The translations under genes and the position numbers were made by a program. A stretch of DNA of 41,509 nucleotides from Methanobacteriota archaeon. Lineage in GTDB: Archaea; JAADCQ01; Methanopyri; Methanopyrales; Methanopyraceae. The notes under the pieces were generated by a model. That model ran no database searches and was not told the DNA's origin. It saw only the letters and a program-made list of their open reading frames with translations. Location: assembly GCA_027064305.1 (NCBI GenBank), contig JAMOPY010000031.1, positions 1-41,509 of the forward strand, written 5' to 3'. This document shows positions 20,049-28,245 of this stretch, piece by piece; the first letter of the stretch is position 1; each line of letters opens with the position of its first letter.

Positions 20049-20558
20049 CTACAGCCTCCTCCACCTCCACCGAACGTACCGGATCCGAGGCTCGGACGGG
20101 TCCTCCACGACGGCCAGGAGGAACTCCTTGCGCACGGAGTGCGCCAGCCGCGTGCCGCGGACCACGTCCCGGGGCGACAGGCGCTCGGACGGCTCGACCA
20201 CCCGAACCACGTATTTAGAGTGTTCCCGATCCGGGTCGCCCTCGTAGACCCGGAACAACCCCCCGTACTTGAACCCCGCCTTCACCACGTACCCACGCTC
20301 GACCAGGTCCCGGTAGACCGCGTACCCCGCGCGGAACCCCGGGACCCGATCCTCGAAGAACTCGACCAGCTCCCCCACCGACAGCGCCTCGCCCGAGGCC
20401 GACCGGGGCTCGATCTCCCCCTCCTCCGCCAGGTACACGGTCTCGAACGGGTTCAGCACGAGCGCGTCGCCGCGCTCCGTGCCGAAATGGTTTTCTTTCA
20501 GCCGCTCGAACCCCTCGAAGAGCGTGCTCCCGCCCTCGAACACCCACGCGACCGGCAA
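20049..20558 (-). CDS. endA: tRNA-splicing endonuclease, catalytic subunit
   Basis: VYRDL..RGY.VK.G.KYG..FRVY, HSKY and RLAHSVRK carry the Tyr/His/Lys triad; TTG start inferred. Confidence 0.93.
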   Translation of the reverse strand: MPVAWVFEGGSTLFEGFERLKENHFGTERGDALVLNPFETVYLAEEGEIEPRSASGEALSVGELVEFFEDRVPGFRAGYAVYRDLVERGYVVKAGFKYGGLFRVYEGDPDREHSKYVVRVVEPSERLSPRDVVRGTRLAHSVRKEFLLAVVEDPSEPRIRYVRWRWRRL

Positions 20559-20566
20559 CGGACCAC

Positions 20567-20628
20567 CCCCGTGATGACAGGCCTGCGTCGCGGACCCGCG
20601 GATGAAGACTGAGCCCGGCACTGAGGAC
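20567..20628 (+). ncRNA. Candidate box C/D guide sRNA
   Basis: GTGATGA (20571-20577), CGGA (D'), GGATGA (C') and CTGA (20621-20624) in the endA-RaSEA intergenic gap. Confidence 0.75.
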
Positions 20629-20632
20629 CCGG

Positions 20633-21613
20633 GTGAGCCCGTTGCCCAGGTACCGGGGCCGACCCGACCGGTACGTCGCCGCCTGGACGCAGCCCGACCG
20701 GGTCACCGGCGCCGACCGCAGCGTCGTGATCGTCCTCTCCACCCGCGGCTGCCGCTGGTTCCGCGAGACCGGCGGCTGCCACTTCTGCTCCTACCCGCTC
20801 GAGGGCGCGGGCGAGCGGGTCCCACCCGACCTCCTCGTCCGCCAGTTCGAGCGCGCGTACGCCCGGCACCGGCCCGACGGCCCCCACGCGGTCAAGCTCT
20901 TCACCTCGGGGAGCCTCCTGGACCCGGAGGAGGTCCCGGACGAGGCCCTCGAGCGGATCCTGGGACGACTCGCCCGGGATCCGAGCGTCACCGAGGTCTC
21001 CTTCGAGTCCCGCCCCGAGTTCGTGACGGAGGAGCGGCTGGAGCGGGTCACCGAGCTGCTCGACGGGAAGCCGTTCGAGGTGGGGATCGGGCTCGAGACC
21101 AGCGACGACCGGTTGCGGGCGAGCCTGAACAAGGGCTTCGACTTCCGCGCGTTCGCCCGGGCCGTGCGGCGGGTGAGAAGGTTCGGCGGGACGCCGAAGG
21201 CCTACCTGATGCTCAAGCTACCGCCCCTGTCCGAGGCGGAGGCCATCGAGGACACCGTCCGCTCCGCGGTCGACGCCCACCTCGCCGGGTGCGAGCGCGT
21301 GTCCGTCTGCCCGACCACGATCCACCGGGACACCCCGCTCGAGCGGGCCTGGCGCGCGGGCCTCTACCGGCCCCCGTGGCTCTGGAGCTGCGTGGAGGTG
21401 GCCCGGAGGATCAAGGGACTCCTGGGCGACCGCGCGGACGTGCTGGTGGACACGGCCGGCGCCGGAACGCCCCGTGGCCCCTCCAACTGCCGCCGCTGCT
21501 CCCGCCGCGTGGCCCGGGCCCTGCGCCGGTTCACCGTCACCCAGGACGTCGGCGTCCTGGAGGGGCTGGACTGCCGGTGCCGCCGGGTCTGGCGGGCCCT
21601 GCTCGCCGTTTAG
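20633..21613 (+). CDS. Archaeosine biosynthesis radical SAM protein RaSEA family
   Basis: TRGC.W...GGC.FCSY, KLFTSGS.LD..EV, ESRPEF, GIGLET and YRPPWLWS motifs; C-terminal NC..C. Confidence 0.9.
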   Translation: MSPLPRYRGRPDRYVAAWTQPDRVTGADRSVVIVLSTRGCRWFRETGGCHFCSYPLEGAGERVPPDLLVRQFERAYARHRPDGPHAVKLFTSGSLLDPEEVPDEALERILGRLARDPSVTEVSFESRPEFVTEERLERVTELLDGKPFEVGIGLETSDDRLRASLNKGFDFRAFARAVRRVRRFGGTPKAYLMLKLPPLSEAEAIEDTVRSAVDAHLAGCERVSVCPTTIHRDTPLERAWRAGLYRPPWLWSCVEVARRIKGLLGDRADVLVDTAGAGTPRGPSNCRRCSRRVARALRRFTVTQDVGVLEGLDCRCRRVWRALLAV

Positions 21614-22716
21614 CCCAGCACGAGCCCGAGCGTCAGCGCCGTGACCGCGCAGACGCCGAACACGCCCGCGACCCGGGCCAGCTCCGGTGAGGACAGGAGC
21701 CGGGCGAGCAGCCGCGCCCCGGCGTCGAGGGCCGATCGCAGCAGGTCCGCGGCGGTGACCGCGAGCTCGCGCAGGAGGTCCGGGTTCGTCACGGCGATGA
21801 GGGCGGCCGCCCCCGCGGCGCCCACGATCGCCGCCGCCTCCAGGAGCCCGGTCAGGTCGATGGTGGACTCGGTGACCGCGGGCCCGATCGTCCCCGGCGA
21901 GCCGCCCGTGCCGACCGCTCGGCCCCCGGCGAGCCGCAGCTTGCCGCGGACCTCACCGTACCGGAAGATCCAGACCTCGGGGCAGCCGGCCTCCTTCAGC
22001 AGCTCGATCTGGTGCAGGAGTCGGCCGAGCCTCGGCTCGTGGAGGGCGATGGCGACCTTGCCGGGGTAGAGGGACTGGTACAGGTGGTAGACGTGGACCG
22101 GCCACCAGTCGTCCCGCCCGTACTCGTACGTGTAGGCCTCCACGATGAACCGGTCCACGTACTGGGCGATGGCGTCCCGGTCGATCGAGTACGGGCGCGG
22201 GTTCTCCGGGAGGAGGCAGAAGTACAGCTCCTTGCCCTGCGCGTGCACGAGCTCGGAGATGCGGCGGACGAGGTCCGTGATCGCCTGGGTGGCGAGGCGG
22301 CGCTTCTCCGGGTCGCGGGTCGGGTAGCGGAAGGAGTCGTCGAGGACCACCCCGTCGCAGTAGGGCAGCGCGGCCGTCACGGCGTCCAGGATCTCCTGCT
22401 GCACCTCCGGGTCCCAGGGCCGGTCCCAGCCGTTCCGGCGCTCGAACCCGACGACCCAGGCGTAGACCTTCACGTTCGGGGCGCGGGCCTTGGTCGCGTG
22501 GTAGACCTGCTGGAGCGTGTCGACGCGGGTCGGCGTGCTCACGCCGCGGATGAGGACGGCGACCTTGGTGTAGCCGCTGTCGATGACGTCGGTCACGAAG
22601 TTCTCCACGCCCACGCTGCGGACGGTGCTGCCCCAGGCGAAGACGCCGACCTCCGTGGCCGCGGCCGGCGTGAGGAGGAGCGTTACCAGGGCCAGGTGGG
22701 CCGGCAGGCTCCTCAA
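21610..22716 (-). CDS. Secreted, membrane-anchored TIM-barrel glycoside-hydrolase-like protein (GHL10-like)
   Basis: Signal peptide; VKVYAWV, DGVVLDD.FRYP and EAY motifs; C-terminal TM helices; TTG start inferred. Confidence 0.65.
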   Translation of the reverse strand: MRSLPAHLALVTLLLTPAAATEVGVFAWGSTVRSVGVENFVTDVIDSGYTKVAVLIRGVSTPTRVDTLQQVYHATKARAPNVKVYAWVVGFERRNGWDRPWDPEVQQEILDAVTAALPYCDGVVLDDSFRYPTRDPEKRRLATQAITDLVRRISELVHAQGKELYFCLLPENPRPYSIDRDAIAQYVDRFIVEAYTYEYGRDDWWPVHVYHLYQSLYPGKVAIALHEPRLGRLLHQIELLKEAGCPEVWIFRYGEVRGKLRLAGGRAVGTGGSPGTIGPAVTESTIDLTGLLEAAAIVGAAGAAALIAVTNPDLLRELAVTAADLLRSALDAGARLLARLLSSPELARVAGVFGVCAVTALTLGLVLG

Positions 22717-22758
22717 CGGTGTCCGTCCCCCGGGAAGGGCGGTCGGGTTCCGCAACGG

Positions 22759-22814
22759 TTATAATACCAAGGGGCGCGCCGTGCTGGGAATCCGGTTACC
22801 GGAAGGAATTCTCC
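22759..22814 (+). promoter_or_regulatory. glnA TATA box with two NrpR operator-like sites
   Basis: TTATAATA at 22759-22766; GGAA-N6-TACC at 22787-22800 and GGAA-N6-CTCC at 22801-22814, each one mismatch from GGAA-N6-TTCC. Confidence 0.6.
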
Positions 22815-22850
22815 GGGGTGCGCCCCGGCATGGGTCGCGAGGTTTACACG

Positions 22851-24212
22851 ATGGACTTCCGGGAGCGGCGGCGCGAGAACGAGGAGCGGTTGGAGGAGAT
22901 CCGGCGGGAGATCGAGCGGCGCGACGTGAAGTTCATCCGGCTGCAGTTCGTCGACATCCACGGGTTCGTGAAGAACTTCGCGATCCCGGCCGAGCACGTG
23001 GAGGAGGCGTTCGCGGAGGGCGTGCTCTTCGACGGATCGTCCATCGAGGGCTTCGTGAGCATCGAGGAGTCGGACATGATCGCCCTGCCGGATCCGGACA
23101 CGTTCGCGATCCTGCCCTGGCGGCCGCGGGAGGGCAAGGTGGCGCGCGTGATCTGCGACGTGTACTGGCCGGAGGGGAAGCCGTTCGAGGGCTGCCCGCG
23201 CCTGAACCTGAAGCGCGTGATGAACGAGCTGGCCGAGGACGGGTACGTGATGTACTGCGGCCCGGAGTGCGAGTTCTACCTGCTGAAGCAGGACCCGGAG
23301 ACGGGGGACGTGGAGCCGCACGACGAGGGCGGGTACTTCGACTTCTACCCGCTGGACCGGGCCGAGGACATCCGGCGGGAGATCATCTTCGCGATGGAGG
23401 AGTTCGGGCTGGAGGTGGAGATGAGCCACCACGAGGTGGGGCCGGGCCAGCACGAGATCGACTTCAAGTTCGCGGACGCGGTCGCGTCCGCGGACAACGT
23501 GATCTCGTTCAAGCAGATCGTGAAGGCGATCGCCCGGCGGCACGGTGTGATCGCCACGTTCATGCCGAAGCCCCTCTACGGGGAGAACGGGAACGGGATG
23601 CACGTGCACCAGTCCCTGTGGGACCCGCGCACCGAGGAGAACCTGTTCTACGACCCGGACGCGGAGGACCAGTACTACCTGTCCGACGAGGCCCTGTACT
23701 ACATCGGGGGCCTGATGGAGCACGCGCACGCGCTCTGCGCGATCTGCAACCCGCTGGTGAACTCGTACAAGCGGCTGGTTCCGGGCTACGAGGCGCCTGT
23801 GTACATCGCGTGGAGCCCGAAGAACCGGAGCGCGTTCATCCGCGTGCCGGCCGCGCGGGGGAAGGCAACCCGGATCGAGTACCGCTCCCCGGACCCCGCG
23901 TGCAACCCGTACCTGGCCTTCGCGGCGATGGCCGTGGCGGGCGTGGACGGGATCAAGCGGGAGATCGACCCGGGCGAGCCGGTGAACGAGAACCTGTACG
24001 AGATGAGCAAGCGGGAGCGGGAGGAGCTCGGCATCCGAACGCTCCCGGAGAACCTGAAGGAGGCGCTGGAGGCGTTCGAGGAGGACGAGGTCGTGCAGCG
24101 GGCGTTCACCGACCACCTCGTCGAGCGGTGGCTCGAGGTCAAGTGGGAGGAGTGGAAGCAGTACCGGGAGCGCGTCACCAAGTGGGAGGTCCGGAAGTTC
24201 ATCGTGTACTAG
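22851..24212 (+). CDS. glnA: Glutamine synthetase type I
   Basis: FDGSSIEGF, HHEVGPGQHEI, TFMPKP..GENGNGMHVHQS, NSYKRLVPGYEAP and RIEYRSPDP motifs; GAGGT RBS; alternative ATG at 22830. Confidence 0.98.
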   Translation: MDFRERRRENEERLEEIRREIERRDVKFIRLQFVDIHGFVKNFAIPAEHVEEAFAEGVLFDGSSIEGFVSIEESDMIALPDPDTFAILPWRPREGKVARVICDVYWPEGKPFEGCPRLNLKRVMNELAEDGYVMYCGPECEFYLLKQDPETGDVEPHDEGGYFDFYPLDRAEDIRREIIFAMEEFGLEVEMSHHEVGPGQHEIDFKFADAVASADNVISFKQIVKAIARRHGVIATFMPKPLYGENGNGMHVHQSLWDPRTEENLFYDPDAEDQYYLSDEALYYIGGLMEHAHALCAICNPLVNSYKRLVPGYEAPVYIAWSPKNRSAFIRVPAARGKATRIEYRSPDPACNPYLAFAAMAVAGVDGIKREIDPGEPVNENLYEMSKREREELGIRTLPENLKEALEAFEEDEVVQRAFTDHLVERWLEVKWEEWKQYRERVTKWEVRKFIVY

Positions 24213-24252
24213 CCCCCGCCGCCCCCCGCCAATTGTTACGGGGGATGTAACG

Positions 24253-25236
24253 ATGAGGGAGCTCGACGTGCTCATCCTCCGCCTCCTCGCCGAGGCCGAC
24301 GAACCCCTCGGCTCCACCCGCCTCGCCGAGCTCCTCCGCGAGCGCTTCGGCCTCGAATACACGACCCGCACCATCCGATACCGACTCCGACACCTCGAGG
24401 AGCAGGGCCTCATCGAGCGCGTCCGCCGCGGCGGCCGCTACGTCGGCGCCCGCCTCACCCCCAAGGGCGAACGCATGCTCAAGCTCGCCACCTCCCACGA
24501 GCGCTCCCGCATGTACCTCTCCATCCTCGAGGAGATGGCCTACCGCTGCACCTTCGACCCCGAACGCGGCCAGGGCACCGTCGTGTGCAACGTCACCGTC
24601 CTCCACCGCGACCACCTCGACGACCTCATCGACGCCGTCGTCGAGACCTACCGCGCCGGCCTCGCCCCCAGCCCGCTCATCGCCATCGAGGAGGAGCCCC
24701 CCACCCCCGACATCCCCGTCCGCCGGGACGAGCTCGTCGTCCTCACCGTCTGCACCGTCACCATCGACGGCGTCCTCCTCAACCACGGCATCCCCACCCA
24801 TCCCGTCTGCGGCGGCCTCCTGTACTACGAGGACCGCGAGCCCATCGGCTTCCAGGAGTACATCCGGTACGAGGGCACCACCGTCGACCCCCTCCACGCC
24901 TTCGTCACCCAACGCATGACCAGCGTCGAGGACATCCTCGACGAGGGCGCCGGCCTCCTCCCCGCCAACGTCCGCTACGTCCCCTGGGCCGCCGCCGACG
25001 AGGTCGACCGCATCGAGACCCAGCTCAAGCGCGCCGACGTGCACGGAATCATCGACACCCCCCGCATCGAGGGCGAGATCCTCGGCCTCCCCCTCCCACC
25101 CCGCAGCCTCGGCATCGCCGCCTGCGGCGGCCTCGTCCCCATCGCCCTCCTCGAGGAGCGAGGGATCACCACCCGCACCTACCCCACCCGCGTCCTCCGC
25201 GACTACCGGGACCTACAAGACGCCCGACGCTACTGA
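24253..25236 (+). CDS. nrpR: NrpR-family nitrogen regulator (wHTH plus single NRD/DUF128 domain)
   Basis: EPLGS..LA..L...RTIRYRL wHTH; G.VVCN, TVCTVTIDGVLL..GIP, Y.GTTVDPL and G.LPAN motifs; directly downstream of glnA. Confidence 0.85.
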   Translation: MRELDVLILRLLAEADEPLGSTRLAELLRERFGLEYTTRTIRYRLRHLEEQGLIERVRRGGRYVGARLTPKGERMLKLATSHERSRMYLSILEEMAYRCTFDPERGQGTVVCNVTVLHRDHLDDLIDAVVETYRAGLAPSPLIAIEEEPPTPDIPVRRDELVVLTVCTVTIDGVLLNHGIPTHPVCGGLLYYEDREPIGFQEYIRYEGTTVDPLHAFVTQRMTSVEDILDEGAGLLPANVRYVPWAAADEVDRIETQLKRADVHGIIDTPRIEGEILGLPLPPRSLGIAACGGLVPIALLEERGITTRTYPTRVLRDYRDLQDARRY

Positions 25237-25237
25237 A

Positions 25238-25298
25238 CCCCTCGCCTCATAACCCGCTCCTCATCCCAAACTCAGCCCACCCGCTCCGCTCATCGGGG
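25238..25298 (-). ncRNA. Candidate box C/D guide sRNA (minus strand)
   Basis: Minus strand reads cccCGATGA-guide-CTGA-gtttg-GGATGA-guide-GCGA-gggg; D box is a variant. Confidence 0.55.
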
Positions 25299-25347
25299 CC
25301 GAGACCCCGAACCCACCACCCCTTAAACCGCCCGCGGGGGCCCACCC

Positions 25348-26325
25348 GTGACCACCTACGAGACCCTCACCCTCCGCGTCCACTGGGAGGACGGTTACTT
25401 CGAGATCCTCGACCAGACCCGACTACCCCAGGAAGAAGTCTGGCGCGAGTGCCGCACCCACGAGGACGCGGCCGAGGCCATCGAGAACCTCCGCGTCCGC
25501 GGCGCCCCCCTCATCGGCGCCGTCGCCGCCCTCGGCGTCTGGGTCGCCCACGAACGCGGCGAGGACGTGCACCGCGCCATCGACCGCCTCCGCCGCACCC
25601 GCCCCACCGCCTACAACCTCTTCTGGGCCCTCAAACGCATGGAACGCGCCGACGACCCCCGCCGGGAGGCCGAGCGCATCCTCCGGGAGGACGCCGAAAC
25701 GAACCGAAAGCTCGGCGACCACGGCGCCGACCTCCTACCCGACGAGTGCACCGTCCTCACCCACTGCAACGCCGGCGCCCTCGCCTGCGTCGACTGGGGC
25801 ACCGCCCTCGGCGTCGTCCGCTCCGCCGTCTTCCACCAGGACAAGGACGTTCACGTCATCGCCACCGAGACCCGACCCGTCCAACAGGGCGCCCGCCTCA
25901 CCTGCTGGGAACTCACCCGCGACGGCATCCCCGTCACCCTCATCGCCGACACCGCCGTCGGGTACGTCCTCGCGAGCGGCGAGGTCGACGCCGTGATCGT
26001 CGGCGCCGACCGCATCGCCCTCGACGGCTCCGTCGCCAACAAGATCGGGACCTACCAGATCGCCGTCCTCGCCGACCGACACGACGTCCCCTTCTACGTC
26101 GCCGCCCCCACCAGCACCATCGACCCCGAGACCGAGACCGGCGACGACATCCCCATCGAGGAGCGCCCCGAGGACGAGGTCAAGACCGTCCAGGGCCGCC
26201 CCATCGCCCCCGAGGAGGTGAAGGCCCGCAACCCCGCCTTCGACGTGACCCCGCCCGAACTCATCGACGCGATCATCACCGAGCAGGGCGTCGTGAAGCC
26301 CGACGAGGTGGCCGACCTGGTGTAA
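25348..26325 (+). CDS. mtnA: Methylthioribose-1-phosphate isomerase (eIF2B-alpha family)
   Basis: LDQTRLP, VRGAPLIG, TRPTAYNL, LTHCNAGALA, ETRP..QGARLT, ANKIGTY and NPAFDVTP motifs. Confidence 0.93.
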   Translation: MTTYETLTLRVHWEDGYFEILDQTRLPQEEVWRECRTHEDAAEAIENLRVRGAPLIGAVAALGVWVAHERGEDVHRAIDRLRRTRPTAYNLFWALKRMERADDPRREAERILREDAETNRKLGDHGADLLPDECTVLTHCNAGALACVDWGTALGVVRSAVFHQDKDVHVIATETRPVQQGARLTCWELTRDGIPVTLIADTAVGYVLASGEVDAVIVGADRIALDGSVANKIGTYQIAVLADRHDVPFYVAAPTSTIDPETETGDDIPIEERPEDEVKTVQGRPIAPEEVKARNPAFDVTPPELIDAIITEQGVVKPDEVADLV

Positions 26326-26335
26326 GTTTCGCTCC

Positions 26336-26399
26336 CCTCGGGCGATCTAAGATCAGGACGAGAGGGGCTTCCTTGATCCCCAACCCCCGAGGAACAGAC
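26336..26399 (+). ncRNA. Candidate single-hairpin H/ACA guide RNA
   Basis: Lower stem cctcggg/cccgagg, internal pocket, upper stem gatcagg/cttgatc, ACA 15 nt from the upper stem base; no clear K-turn. Confidence 0.4.
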
Positions 26400-26489
26400 G
26401 GGCCCGTCAGGGTACACGGACCCGTTCCGCGGGTCGGGTCACGCCTGCGCTCGTGGCTCACCTGAGCCGAGACGCAAGTCGACGAGTAT

Positions 26490-27029
26490 TCACCCCCACA
26501 TCAGTAACCCTCCCCATACCAGCGGGCATGACACCGACACCATCGCCAGCTCACCCTTGGAGATTTCACGTGGTGGTAAATCCCCTTGTACTTCCCTCCA
26601 GTATTCGTTGATTCTCCTTTGCAACACCAGGAGCGGTACGCAGGACACCATCAACGCCACGACTGCGCCGAGCGCGTCCATCCGCGTCTCGGCGTGGAAA
26701 ATCCCCAAGTTGCCAGCGAAGAAGAACCCGAACCACACCGGGTACAGGACCTTGATCGGGCACGGGTTGAGTCCGGCTTCCTCGAGTAACTCGTTGATCT
26801 CCGCGAACTGCTTCCATACCAGGTAGAGGTTGACGAACGGTACGAAAAGCCCGATCGTCCTAAGCACCACGTTAACGTCGCGGTCCAGGTACTCCTTGAA
26901 GTCCCTCCAGTTGCGGTAGAACCAGTAGAATTGGTAGTACCCTCCGGACGCGACCACGAACAGCGTGGTCCTTCCCAACGGTCGAACGTAGGAGCGACCG
27001 TCCGACAAACCGTGCATCCCCGCCTGCAT
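26490..27029 (-). CDS. DUF4234-like membrane protein
   Basis: GGYYQFYWFYRNW and VPFVNLY motifs; Q..IN..W near the C-terminus; start ATG 27029 or 27017; TTATAA at 27071-27076. Confidence 0.75.
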   Translation of the reverse strand: MQAGMHGLSDGRSYVRPLGRTTLFVVASGGYYQFYWFYRNWRDFKEYLDRDVNVVLRTIGLFVPFVNLYLVWKQFAEINELLEEAGLNPCPIKVLYPVWFGFFFAGNLGIFHAETRMDALGAVVALMVSCVPLLVLQRRINEYWREVQGDLPPREISKGELAMVSVSCPLVWGGLLMWG

Positions 27030-27117
27030 GCGCCCGTGATGGAGAGACCGCCTGACGTCTAGCCAAATAGTTATAAGCACGCGGGTTCGGAAGGGCGGCG
27101 TACGACCCTCAGGAAAG

Positions 27118-27960
27118 CTACCCGGTTATTACGTACTCGAACATATCACATGATACAACTGATGCGTAGATCGCTACTACAGCTGTTACCAAATACACGA
27201 TGATGGAGCCCGACTGTATTCTCGGTGAGCAAATGTACTTACGCCTGGAGAACCATATCCCTATCAGCAACGAATTCGTTAGTACTCCTAAGCTTATTGA
27301 CACGGTTAGGATGTTGTAGTAATACTTGTGAGTCAATAACGTTTCAGTGTTGGTTAAATAAAATATCAGCGTGAACAGCGACACTATCATTCCCCCTACA
27401 AACACATTATAAAACCACATCATAAGAGTTACGTTAAAAGCTGAGTACACGCTGACATACTTGTACATATTGCAGATCTTCTTAATAATGCTGCGGTTTA
27501 CTCTCTGCTTGGACTCGGCTATGAAATTAACACCTTGCCTCTTAAGTCTAAGGTACCACGCTAGCTTACCCAGAATACCCAAGAGACAGGAGTTTACGAA
27601 TATCCAGGTGAGTAGGCTCGTCGATAAGTTCCGTACCCCAGGACACACTGTAGGGCTCTCCCAACCCTTTCCCAGGGCGACGGCAGAGAGTAGTGCTACG
27701 ATGGGTAAACTTATCGGCGGGAAGTCGAAAATACCGTAATACCACACCACCTTCGTAGAGGAAAGCCTAACCCCAGTCTCCTTATCCAATCCACCGTAGG
27801 GACCTACCGTGCCCGATTCCATGGCTTCGTTCACGATCTTCCGTGCCTTCCTCCACTTAACAACAACTATCACTATCGATACGGGCCACAACACTAGTGA
27901 TGCAAAGAAAATGTAAGCGAGGGCGAGGGGCATTAGGTAGGCCTGATGGAGAAAGGACAA
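27118..27960 (-). CDS. Low-GC orphan multi-pass membrane protein
   Basis: 280-codon open frame in AT-rich DNA with about 7 hydrophobic segments; start uncertain. Confidence 0.7.
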   Translation of the reverse strand: MSFLHQAYLMPLALAYIFFASLVLWPVSIVIVVVKWRKARKIVNEAMESGTVGPYGGLDKETGVRLSSTKVVWYYGIFDFPPISLPIVALLSAVALGKGWESPTVCPGVRNLSTSLLTWIFVNSCLLGILGKLAWYLRLKRQGVNFIAESKQRVNRSIIKKICNMYKYVSVYSAFNVTLMMWFYNVFVGGMIVSLFTLIFYLTNTETLLTHKYYYNILTVSISLGVLTNSLLIGIWFSRRKYICSPRIQSGSIIVYLVTAVVAIYASVVSCDMFEYVITG

Positions 27961-28116
27961 TGGGCGTTTAGCCCCCTGTCAACCACAGGTTCGACGTGGC
28001 CGCTAGGATCGAGTTGGTGCTCCAGTTGAACGCGAAGTCGTAGTACCTCGCTATAATCTTGGAGGCAACGGTTTTTCCCGCGTACTCACGTATCTTCGAG
28101 ATGTACTTGACAGTGG

Positions 28117-28245
28117 GAAGGCACCGCCTACCGCATGGACGTGGTGCCGATTCGAATGCGGAAGGTGGTAGACCCGCCGGAGGGGCTGCTCAACGACGTA
28201 GAGTTCCTGGAGATGGTGCTGGAGCGGGTGGACGAGCTGCTCTAG
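28117..28245 (+). pseudogene. Orphan 3' fragment of formylmethanofuran dehydrogenase subunit B (fwdB/fmdB-like)
   Basis: Translates EGTAYRMDVVPIRMRKVVDPPEGLLNDVEFLEMVLERVDELL*, matching the FwdB C-terminal GTAYRMDGVP motif; in-frame TGA upstream at 28108. Confidence 0.75.

Noticed and set aside
22713-24413. Long antisense and alternative-frame ORFs (this one, 24585-26465, 10385-11635, 14710-16023 and others)
   Set aside because: Shadows of well-supported genes, caused by high GC and few stop codons; low-complexity R/G/P/A translations
28108-28110. TGA before the fwdB fragment as selenocysteine
   Set aside because: The upstream frame shows no FwdB similarity and no SECIS-like element was identified
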